A DNA stretch of 32,000 nt from Patescibacteria group bacterium (GTDB taxonomy: Bacteria; Patescibacteriota; UBA1384; XYA2-FULL-43-10), in assembly GCA_041674405.1 (NCBI GenBank), contig JBAYVT010000003.1, forward strand, positions 119,990 through 151,989. Direction: 5' to 3'. Under the pieces are notes generated by a model. The model ran no database searches, had not been told where the DNA came from, and was given only the letters and a program-made list of their open reading frames with translations. Made by a program: the position numbers and the translations under genes. Below, one piece after another: positions 16,513 to 23,480 of the stretch (positions are counted from its first letter, which is position 1; every line of letters starts with the position of its first letter).

Positions 16513-18011
16513 TACTCAAATCCAGGTTCCCTAAGTGCGGCGAAACTACGCGCAACATAACTGACAATTGGAAAAAGAGATAGGCAAAATTCGTCTAAGC
16601 CGAGGCCGACCTTATCTGTCAAAAACCATTCAGGGATTATGAAATTGTGTTCTTCAAATCTCTTTGCCCATTCAACTTCGCAATCAAGGACAATTGCATA
16701 TGGCAGATATGCCTCAAATAATTCTATTACCGTCGGCGTATAAGGAATCGGTTTTGGGTTTGATAAAAATTTTTTAAAAGCCAACCAGTTGGACAGCGCC
16801 TCGTTGCCAATTTGCGTTCGAAGCGGAATATTTGAAGCGGAAAATGCTACGATCAGGGCCGAAACCATCATACCAACCCAGAAAAATGAGGAGTAAGTCG
16901 AGATAAGTTGGAATCTCAGGCTTAGGATGAAGGCGGTTAATCCAAAGAGGAAAGTCAGGATTCCAATCAATCGATATTTTGCATGAATACTTCTCGGGTT
17001 GACCTTGAAATAACCAAGCCGTGTTGTAATTGCATAAATCCCCGCAGAAACTATCGACATTTTTTTGCTGTAGAGGTGATTATTGATTCTACGCTCAATT
17101 TCGGCTCGGTCGGATGTCAAATTATTGCGAAATATTTTTGATAATAAAATTTTTTCATACCCCAAAAGACGATCATCAAACCTGCCTTTAGAGAAGGCAA
17201 ATCCCCGCTCCCGATCAAGTATGACTATGTCTTTACGGCGGGCAAGGTCAATCAGCGTGGCGGCAATCTCACGAGAACCGACTTTGCCGCGAAACAAGGC
17301 TCCGACAATAGCCGGCGGCAACGCCATCGGCGGCGCAGATATTTCACGATCAGGCGAATCAATTTTATTGATTCGGTAGAGATATCGCAGAAAAAATGTC
17401 ATATAAAGGAACGTAATAATCGGTAGAACAAGCGCCAGAAGAAGCCAAACATTAAATTCAAGCCCGCGGAAGAAATTGATTATCTGGTCAATGATCGGGT
17501 GGTTTATCACTCCTTTTGGGATTTGGGCAACAATAGTAATCGTGGCGTATGCCGAAACTTGTGAAGCGTCATATTCTATCGTATCTGGATCATTTACATA
17601 CGTCTGCGTTGACCCAACTCCATGAATCGCTAGAATTTCGTGCTTCGTTTTGTAAGCAGAACCTTTTGGTAAGCTGAGCAGAATCTTTAACTGGTCATAA
17701 TATTCACCGCCATTATCCAAGACCGGAAGGCGGATTTCATCATATCCGTTCACCAACTCCGTTTTACCGACATTCTTGCCGTTTAATCTGATAATGCCAT
17801 TATCGTCAACCGAGACACTAATAACAGAGTTTTGATTGCTATTCCCTATATTTATGCTCTCTACATCAGCCGAATATTTATTTGTTTGAATAAAGTTAAA
17901 TGCCAAAAACGCAAGCAGAAAAACTCCGCAAAAGAAAATAAACTTGCGTGAGTAAAATCCAATAAGACCACTCCGTCTCTTAGCTACTTTTGCTGCACTT
18001 TTTTTGTTCAA
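16512..18011 (-). CDS. DUF2207-like membrane protein
   Basis: N-terminal TM helix, an extracytoplasmic domain of about 170 aa, then multi-TM and cytoplasmic segments. The ORF track extends to 18119, but TTG 18011 directly follows GGAGGGAG. Confidence 0.6.
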   Translation of the reverse strand: MNKKSAAKVAKRRSGLIGFYSRKFIFFCGVFLLAFLAFNFIQTNKYSADVESINIGNSNQNSVISVSVDDNGIIRLNGKNVGKTELVNGYDEIRLPVLDNGGEYYDQLKILLSLPKGSAYKTKHEILAIHGVGSTQTYVNDPDTIEYDASQVSAYATITIVAQIPKGVINHPIIDQIINFFRGLEFNVWLLLALVLPIITFLYMTFFLRYLYRINKIDSPDREISAPPMALPPAIVGALFRGKVGSREIAATLIDLARRKDIVILDRERGFAFSKGRFDDRLLGYEKILLSKIFRNNLTSDRAEIERRINNHLYSKKMSIVSAGIYAITTRLGYFKVNPRSIHAKYRLIGILTFLFGLTAFILSLRFQLISTYSSFFWVGMMVSALIVAFSASNIPLRTQIGNEALSNWLAFKKFLSNPKPIPYTPTVIELFEAYLPYAIVLDCEVEWAKRFEEHNFIIPEWFLTDKVGLGLDEFCLSLFPIVSYVARSFAALREPGFE

Positions 18012-18178
18012 TCTCCCTCCGCGACACTTTATAAATCCAATAGTCCGTCGCGCCCCTCGTAGTGAAGATTTGTTTGCGAACCTGTAAGATTCGAGACAAA
18101 CCTGAACGAAGTGGGGCAACCACTCGTCAACAAACTACAAACAGGTTTTGCTTACCGCTTCTTAATATAATTTTACCA

Positions 18179-19129
18179 CTACATTGCAAGTTTCGCTACA
18201 ATCATATCTATCGCAATCCTTGGTTCGATTTCGCCGGTTTTTATTTCTGAATCAATTTTTTGCAAATACGAATAGACGCCGATTAGTTGGGCAAGTGAAT
18301 ATTTTTTCAGGATCGGCAAAGTTTTCTGCACGACAAAAGGATGCATCTTCGCTTTGCTGGCCAATCCAGCAACCGCCTCTCCTGATTCAATAAAATCTTT
18401 GAGAATAATCATATTCCTATACTGATATACAATCATGGATAAAATCTTGATCTCAGGCTCTCCAATTTTGATTAGGTTGTACAAATGCTGCGGTGCCATT
18501 TTTTGATTTTTTCCGGACAACGCCTCGACAAAATGAAAAACATTGGCATTGTTGTCCATCTCAACAAGTTCCAAAACATCTGCTTCAATAATTTTTTTTC
18601 TGCCCTGCGATTTTGCATACAAAATCAATTTTTGAAGTTCGTTCTCTAAGCGATTAAGGTCAGCAGAAAGGCCAGATGACAATAGCCTGACTGCCTGAAA
18701 ATCAATTTCCATACCGGATTTCTTGATATTTTCGAGAATAAATTTATCAATATCAGAGCCAACAAGTGGCGCAAAGTTTTCCGCATCAGCTGATAATTTC
18801 TTGAAAAGGCTGACCCTTTTGTCTGGGTCGCCAGATTCAAAAAATATAATGTCGACTTGATCCGAAATTTTCCCAATGCGATCAGCAATTTTAGATTTCA
18901 AATCGCTATCCTTATTTTTCGTAAGAAAATTCGTGATGATAACCAATCTTTTTTCAGCCAAAAACGGCATCGTCGAAATTGCACGATCGAAATCTCCATA
19001 TGCCATTTCGGCACCATCAATTTGTTCCAAATTCATTTTGTTTGGATCAGAAACCAAAAATTCGGCGAGTATCTCGCTTAATTTTTTCTTTGACCGATAA
19101 GTATCTTGTCCGTAAATTAGCTTTATCAT
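18179..19129 (-). CDS. holA: DNA polymerase III delta subunit
   Basis: 316 aa. N-terminus MIKLIYGQDTYRSKKKL, with the overall helical layout typical of HolA. Confidence 0.75.
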   Translation of the reverse strand: MIKLIYGQDTYRSKKKLSEILAEFLVSDPNKMNLEQIDGAEMAYGDFDRAISTMPFLAEKRLVIITNFLTKNKDSDLKSKIADRIGKISDQVDIIFFESGDPDKRVSLFKKLSADAENFAPLVGSDIDKFILENIKKSGMEIDFQAVRLLSSGLSADLNRLENELQKLILYAKSQGRKKIIEADVLELVEMDNNANVFHFVEALSGKNQKMAPQHLYNLIKIGEPEIKILSMIVYQYRNMIILKDFIESGEAVAGLASKAKMHPFVVQKTLPILKKYSLAQLIGVYSYLQKIDSEIKTGEIEPRIAIDMIVAKLAM

Positions 19130-19130
19130 T

Positions 19131-19159
19131 TTGAAAAATTTCTAATTTTGTGATATAAA
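19131..19159 (+). promoter_or_regulatory. candidate promoter of ORF 19182
   Basis: TTGAAA (19131-19136), 17 nt, TGaTATAAA (TATAAA at 19154-19159). It starts 2 nt from the holA start codon. Confidence 0.45.
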
Positions 19160-19181
19160 ATTTGCATACGTCCACTAAGGG

Positions 19182-19511
19182 GTGAATGGCTTGCAGATCG
19201 CAACAGGAATCAACGTCTTCGCTGGTGCACTCGTCTCCCTTGCCGGAGTCCAGATTGACTCCTTGATGCCCAACTTCGCTGCCGAACCCGAGTTCGTTCG
19301 CCTCATTGCCGAGAAGTTCGATATTGACCGTCTCAGCACGATGGACGTACAACTGCCGTCCAAGCCAACCTGGCTAGACGTCCGGAAGGTCCTAAGATCC
19401 ACGGCCTTGGCCTGCCTCATCAACAAGGACGCAGATGTTCGCCCATACTATGGCGACCGGATTCATTGTCCCGAAGGGGTTGACCCTTCGGACATCTACT
19501 TCTACGTATAG
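19182..19511 (+). CDS. hypothetical protein (high-GC islet 3); start uncertain
   Basis: 109-aa ORF from GTG. It is GC-rich and followed by a strong terminator. No family recognised. Confidence 0.45.
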   Translation: MNGLQIATGINVFAGALVSLAGVQIDSLMPNFAAEPEFVRLIAEKFDIDRLSTMDVQLPSKPTWLDVRKVLRSTALACLINKDADVRPYYGDRIHCPEGVDPSDIYFYV

Positions 19512-19537
19512 CCCCCATCGGGGCCAACGACCATTCG

Positions 19538-19577
19538 CCCGCTCCTGCAGCTTTTTCGCAGGGGCGGTTGCGTTTTT
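19538..19577 (+). terminator. intrinsic terminator of ORF 19182
   Basis: CCGCTCCTGC (19539-19548) pairs with GCAGGGGCGG (19558-19567): 10 bp with one G-U pair and a 9-nt loop, then TTGCGTTTTT. Confidence 0.75.
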
Positions 19578-19649
19578 ATAAATATTTAAAGTTTTGTTTT
19601 TGATATTTTTTATTTTGTTTGAAATTTGAAATTTGGATTTTGACATTTA

Positions 19650-20906
19650 CTACTTGCACTCCGCCCAACTGGCGCCCACCCCGGTCTCAACTTCTATCGG
19701 CACACAAAGGAAAATCGCGCTTTCCATCTCACGCTTCACTATTTTTTCGATCTCGGCCACATCTTTCTCTGCCGTCTCGATAACCAATTCATCATGAACA
19801 GTAAGAAGCATTTTGGCATCGGGGAATTTTTTTGCCAATACATTGTGCAAGTTTACCATCGATAATTTTAGGATCTCGGCCGCCGTTCCTTGGACCGGCG
19901 AATTGATGGCGATCCGCTCCTCCGCCTCCGAAATGTAGCGGTTTGGCGAATTGATATTTTGCAAATAGCGCTTGAAACCAAAAAGCGTCTCGACATAGCC
20001 TTGGTCTCGCGCTGTATCGATCATGCGGTTGCAATAATTCTTGATGCCCGAGTGGATCGAAAAGTAGCGCTCGATATATTTGGCCGCTTCTTCTTGTGGG
20101 ATGGATAGCGCTTGCGAGAGTCCATACGGGCTCATGCCATAGAGAATCCCAAAGTTTACGACTTTTGCGAGCCGTCTCTCGGCATGCGTAATTTTATCTA
20201 TCGGTAAAGCGAATATCTCCGACGCCGTTCTAGCGTGAATATCTTCTCCCGATTTAAACGCCGCCATCATCGTCTGGTCCTGCGCAAGGCAAGCAACTAC
20301 TCGAAGTTCAATTTGAGAATAGTCAGCCGAAATCAGTTTATTTCCTTTTTCCGCCACAAATGCCGCGCGTATTTCTGTCCCGTATTCGCCCTTGATCGGG
20401 ATATTTTGCAGGTTCGGTTCGGTCGAATTTATCCTGCCGGTCGAAGTTTCCATACCGTAATTTGTATGCAACCTTGAATTTTCATCAACAAGTGTTGGTA
20501 GTGGCTTCAAATAGGTCGAAATCAGCTTTGTTACCTCACGAAACTCAAGAATCGGCTTGATAATTTTGCTTTTGTCTTCAATTTTGGCGAGTTCCGATGC
20601 CGCCGTCGAGAATCCGCTCTGTGTCCGTTTGAGCCCCTCCGTCGAAAGTTTCATTTTCTCAAACAATATCTCCGCCATTTGCGATGGTGATGCAATATTG
20701 AATTTCTCGCCAGCAATCTTGTAAATTTCGCTCTCCAGTTTCCCAGCCTTCTTAGTCAGTTTTTTGCACAGCTTATCGATCGCAAGAACATCAAGTTTAA
20801 TCCCATTTTTCTCCATTTCACGCAAAACCGGCCTAACTTTCTCGTTAATTTCTTCTGATGTTATTTTGGGCAGTTTAACACCCTTTTCACTCAAATGTTT
20901 CCACAT
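19650..20906 (-). CDS. polA: DNA polymerase I, polymerase (fingers/palm/thumb) domain only
   Basis: 418 aa. Motif A is DYSQIELRV, motif B is RRLAKVVNFGILYG and motif C is TVHDELV. The ORF begins at the thumb, with no 3'-5' exo domain. Confidence 0.9.
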   Translation of the reverse strand: MWKHLSEKGVKLPKITSEEINEKVRPVLREMEKNGIKLDVLAIDKLCKKLTKKAGKLESEIYKIAGEKFNIASPSQMAEILFEKMKLSTEGLKRTQSGFSTAASELAKIEDKSKIIKPILEFREVTKLISTYLKPLPTLVDENSRLHTNYGMETSTGRINSTEPNLQNIPIKGEYGTEIRAAFVAEKGNKLISADYSQIELRVVACLAQDQTMMAAFKSGEDIHARTASEIFALPIDKITHAERRLAKVVNFGILYGMSPYGLSQALSIPQEEAAKYIERYFSIHSGIKNYCNRMIDTARDQGYVETLFGFKRYLQNINSPNRYISEAEERIAINSPVQGTAAEILKLSMVNLHNVLAKKFPDAKMLLTVHDELVIETAEKDVAEIEKIVKREMESAIFLCVPIEVETGVGASWAECK

Positions 20907-20920
20907 ATCTGCAATTTTGA

Positions 20921-20957
20921 CTTTATGAACTTTACAAACTTTATGGACTTTATGAAC
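20921..20957. repeat. CTTTATGAAC word repeats in the 5'-nuclease/polymerase spacer
   Basis: CTTTATGAAC at 20921-20930, CTTTATGGAC at 20939-20948 and TTTATGAAC at 20949-20957. Confidence 0.6.
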
Positions 20958-21970
20958 TAGAGCAATTTCAATTGCTCGTCCTTTTTTTTCTGCTCCTCTG
21001 TCGGTTTTCTTCCTTGTTTCGCCTCTGCGACACCGAATCTTGCAAGAAGCGATCGAAATCCAAGCTCTTCGAAGAGAGCCTTGAGCTTGTCCCTATCATA
21101 ATCTCCCCACTTCGCGTCTTCAAGAGAAAAATCGATAGGCACATCCCTGTGAATCGTCGCCAATTTCTGCGAAAGAAAAGCCTGATCTTTATTTGTCAGC
21201 AAAAGTTGGATTATTCTTGGTTTAACTTTAAGCTCTTTCGCGACACTTTCCACCATCTCATTGTTAAATTGTTGCATTGTCAAATTGTTAAGTGAGCAAT
21301 TTAGCAATTTAGCAATTTGACCATATAGGTTGTCCAGTGTATCGAACTTTTGGATTAGTTCCGTCGCTGTTTTCGGCCCAATTCCCGGGACTCCGGGAAT
21401 GTTATCGGACGGATCGCCGGCCAGCGCTTTCAAATCGATGAAATCATGCGGATCAAGATTATATTCCTCATAAATCGTAGCGTGATCGACGATTTCCAAT
21501 TTGTTAAGCCCATGCCGCAAACTATAAACCAAGACATTCCCATTTATAAGCTGATAAATGTCTTTATCGCCCGAGACAATATAAATCTGGATATTTTTAT
21601 CATCTTTAAGTCGCTCGACAATAGTGCCGACGACATCGTCCGCTTCGAATCCCTCTTTTTCATAGATTGGAATATTCATCGTTTTCACGATCTCTTTTAC
21701 TCGCGGAATCTGATCGTAGAGTTCCTGATCAGCCTTCACCCTCGTCGCTTTATAGTCTGAATACGCTTCGTGACGGAAAGTCGGTCCGGCAAGATCAAAA
21801 GAGCACGCGATATGCTCCGGTTTCAAATCCTCAAGTACCTTGATCAGCGTGGTCGTGAAGCCATACACCGCATTGGTAAGTTCGCCTCGCGAATTTGACA
21901 TATTCGGCGGAAGCGCATGATACGCCCGATGAATGATTGCGTTGCCATCTATCAAAACAAGTTTTTCCAT
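20957..21970 (-). CDS. 5'-3' exonuclease / flap endonuclease (Pol I N-terminal domain) as a separate ORF
   Basis: MEKLVLIDGNAIIHRAYHA...FEADDVVGT...GDKDIYQL...GVPGIGPKTA (H3TH). ATG 21970 is preferred because the track start at 21988 lies inside the predicted promoter. Confidence 0.9.
   Translation of the reverse strand: MEKLVLIDGNAIIHRAYHALPPNMSNSRGELTNAVYGFTTTLIKVLEDLKPEHIACSFDLAGPTFRHEAYSDYKATRVKADQELYDQIPRVKEIVKTMNIPIYEKEGFEADDVVGTIVERLKDDKNIQIYIVSGDKDIYQLINGNVLVYSLRHGLNKLEIVDHATIYEEYNLDPHDFIDLKALAGDPSDNIPGVPGIGPKTATELIQKFDTLDNLYGQIAKLLNCSLNNLTMQQFNNEMVESVAKELKVKPRIIQLLLTNKDQAFLSQKLATIHRDVPIDFSLEDAKWGDYDRDKLKALFEELGFRSLLARFGVAEAKQGRKPTEEQKKKDEQLKLL
20960..20987 (-). promoter_or_regulatory. 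candidate -1 recoding cassette: A_AAA_AAG heptamer plus hairpin
   Basis: On the minus strand an A8 run ends in the zero-frame heptamer A AAA AAG (20987-20981). After a 3-nt spacer comes GAGCAA-UUGAAA-UUGCUC (20977-20960), which ends at the 5'-nuclease stop codon. The -1 frame is open from here to the polymerase ATG. Confidence 0.3.
21295..21318 (-). repeat. 3 x 8-nt tandem AGCAATTT inside the 5'-nuclease CDS
   Basis: AGCAATTT occurs at 21295, 21303 and 21311. It is complementary (with G-U pairs) to two upstream AAATTGTT words at 21266-21273 and 21282-21289. It encodes IAKLLNCS. Confidence 0.7.
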
Positions 21971-21976
21971 ATGCCC

Positions 21977-22004
21977 ATAATAGCACATAAATAGTAAATT
22001 TGAA
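21977..22004 (-). promoter_or_regulatory. candidate promoter of the 5'-nuclease gene, giving a leaderless mRNA
   Basis: Minus strand reads TTCAAA (22004-21999), 16 nt, TATTAT (21982-21977), then exactly 6 nt to ATG 21970. No SD is present. Confidence 0.45.
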
Positions 22005-22015
22005 TGTAATTTTAG

Positions 22016-22043
22016 TTGAAAAACTGCCTATATTATGTATAAT
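22016..22043 (+). promoter_or_regulatory. promoter of ORF 22085
   Basis: TTGAAA (22016-22021), 16 nt, TATAAT (22038-22043). Confidence 0.6.
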
Positions 22044-22084
22044 GTCTTTTGTTCGCCACGATACTACGAAAGGGGCTGTTTTTC

Positions 22085-22720
22085 TTGAGATCATTCGGTT
22101 GCATGACGCCAATAGCCGTAATAGCCATAAGCTGTGCTGGAGTGATGACTCTCATGCAGGGGGCAAGAACGCACCAGCTCACCCTGATCCTGATGGGCAT
22201 TGCCGCGCTAGTAATGGCGAGATACCTAATCGCGATCGCCAACTACGGCAAACCCAAGATCTGCCGGCCAGGTGACTTTCCCAAGAAGTGCGAAGCTTTC
22301 GAGCAGATGCTCGAAAGAAAGTACGGCCAGCCAACCCCAAGAAAACCTCAGTATCTGAGGCCAACCCTTGAGGGATTCGGCATTACTAAGCTGTCCGTGC
22401 TTACGAGCTGTGCATTCCCCGATGGCGAAGGCCAGTCTTTTTGCCGAAGGGAAGCTCTGCTACCATCTGGCGAAGAAATCTGCCAGTTCCTGGACCAGAT
22501 GCTGAAATCCAAGGAGAATTGCGCAGTTGGCGACGAAGAAACCCGCTGCCAGCCGAATATCGAGATCATGGTCTATGGTGACATGGACCTGCACGCATTC
22601 CACGTTTGCGCTGCATTCTCGTATATGTCGAATGGCAATATAGTGCAAAATGTTGAGAGGCACTTCTACGGGGAACAACTATTCAAGATGATGCGAGGCT
22701 TCAACAGGAAGGCCTTCTAA
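22085..22720 (+). CDS. hypothetical Cys-rich protein with two N-terminal TM helices (high-GC islet 4)
   Basis: The ORF-track start at 22049 coincides with the predicted TSS. TTG 22085 lies 9 nt after GAAAGGGG, and ATG 22103 is the alternative start. Ten or more Cys residues sit in the soluble part. No family recognised. Confidence 0.5.
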   Translation: MRSFGCMTPIAVIAISCAGVMTLMQGARTHQLTLILMGIAALVMARYLIAIANYGKPKICRPGDFPKKCEAFEQMLERKYGQPTPRKPQYLRPTLEGFGITKLSVLTSCAFPDGEGQSFCRREALLPSGEEICQFLDQMLKSKENCAVGDEETRCQPNIEIMVYGDMDLHAFHVCAAFSYMSNGNIVQNVERHFYGEQLFKMMRGFNRKAF

Positions 22721-22796
22721 GGTCTGCCTCGCTACCCACAACCCAACGTTGCTCGCCACGGGCACCGCCGATCCCTCATCCACCTCGGGTGAGGGA

Positions 22797-22825
22797 TTGA
22801 CATTTATGGCCAGATGTGGTAGTAT
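22797..22825 (+). promoter_or_regulatory. promoter of ORF 22888
   Basis: TTGACA (22797-22802), 17 nt, TGgTAGTAT (TAGTAT at 22820-22825). Confidence 0.6.
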
Positions 22826-22836
22826 GCAGCCACGTT

Positions 22837-22880
22837 GTTCGCCAACTATACCGTTCGCCACAGAACGGCGAACAAGGAGG
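22837..22880 (+). promoter_or_regulatory. 5' UTR with two competing GTTCGCC arms for one GGCGAAC arm that abuts the SD
   Basis: GTTCGCC occurs at 22837-22843 and 22853-22859. GGCGAAC is at 22867-22873 and AAGGAGG at 22874-22880. ATG is at 22888. Confidence 0.35.
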
Positions 22881-22887
22881 AGTCTGT

Positions 22888-23214
22888 ATGATTCAGACGT
22901 TGAATCTGACTGGCGCGTTGGGCCTCGCCCTTTTCGGAGCGTTGCTCGCGCTCATCGGCTTTCGCTTCGGCGGCGCCAGCGTGATGCGCTGGTTGGCAGC
23001 CGTCGCCATCGCCATCGCCGGCGGATGGTCGGGCTACATCTACGCCGTCGCCATCGAGGCTGACTGGGTCCATGGGGGCTACATGCTCCTGAAATGGACC
23101 GGAGCCTTCGAGCTCGGGATCGCCTGCGCTGGGGTACTGCTCTTCGGGGTAGGATCGCTGTTCCTTTGCGGTCCCAGCTTCCGGCGGAAGCAGACTGCCA
23201 GCGACGACACGTAG
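22888..23214 (+). CDS. hypothetical small integral membrane protein (3-4 TM helices)
   Basis: 108 aa from ATG 22888, with a perfect RBS AAGGAGGAG. The track start at 22816 lies in the promoter. Confidence 0.6.
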   Translation: MIQTLNLTGALGLALFGALLALIGFRFGGASVMRWLAAVAIAIAGGWSGYIYAVAIEADWVHGGYMLLKWTGAFELGIACAGVLLFGVGSLFLCGPSFRRKQTASDDT

Positions 23215-23251
23215 CCGCACAACAACTTCATAGCGACGAGTTTCGCACCGT

Positions 23252-23290
23252 GAGTCCGACCTCCCTGAGGCCGGGCTCCGTTGTTTTTGT
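23252..23290 (+). terminator. terminator of ORF 22888
   Basis: GAGTCCGACC (23252-23261) pairs with GGCCGGGCTC (23269-23278), then CGTTGTTTTTGTG. Confidence 0.65.
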
Positions 23291-23480
23291 GAGTATAATT
23301 TTAAAAATATTTAAATAGTGGCTTCAGCCATACAAGAGCCCGAAACTGCAGGAGCGACGCGACTAAATTTTGGAGTGTCTTGAAGGCTGAGGCAATACAA
23401 TATATGCGTGCAGGAGTAGGGGTTTTAGGGGCTAGAGGGCTGCCCCGCAATTAAGCCCTCTGTCCCTAAAGAACGGCTGT

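Noticed and set aside
19299-19444. GTTCGCC heptamer recurring in several GC-rich islets (also near 6170 and 3655)
   Set aside because: In GC-rich coding DNA this heptamer is likely to recur by chance. Only the two leader copies of the longer GTTCGCCAC and the local hairpin at 22837-22880 were retained.
23291-23480. SRP RNA or tRNA in the dedA-distal spacer
   Set aside because: GAAGGCTGAGGCAA only loosely resembles the SRP domain IV sequence, and no cloverleaf can be drawn. It is kept only as a low-interest unassigned segment.
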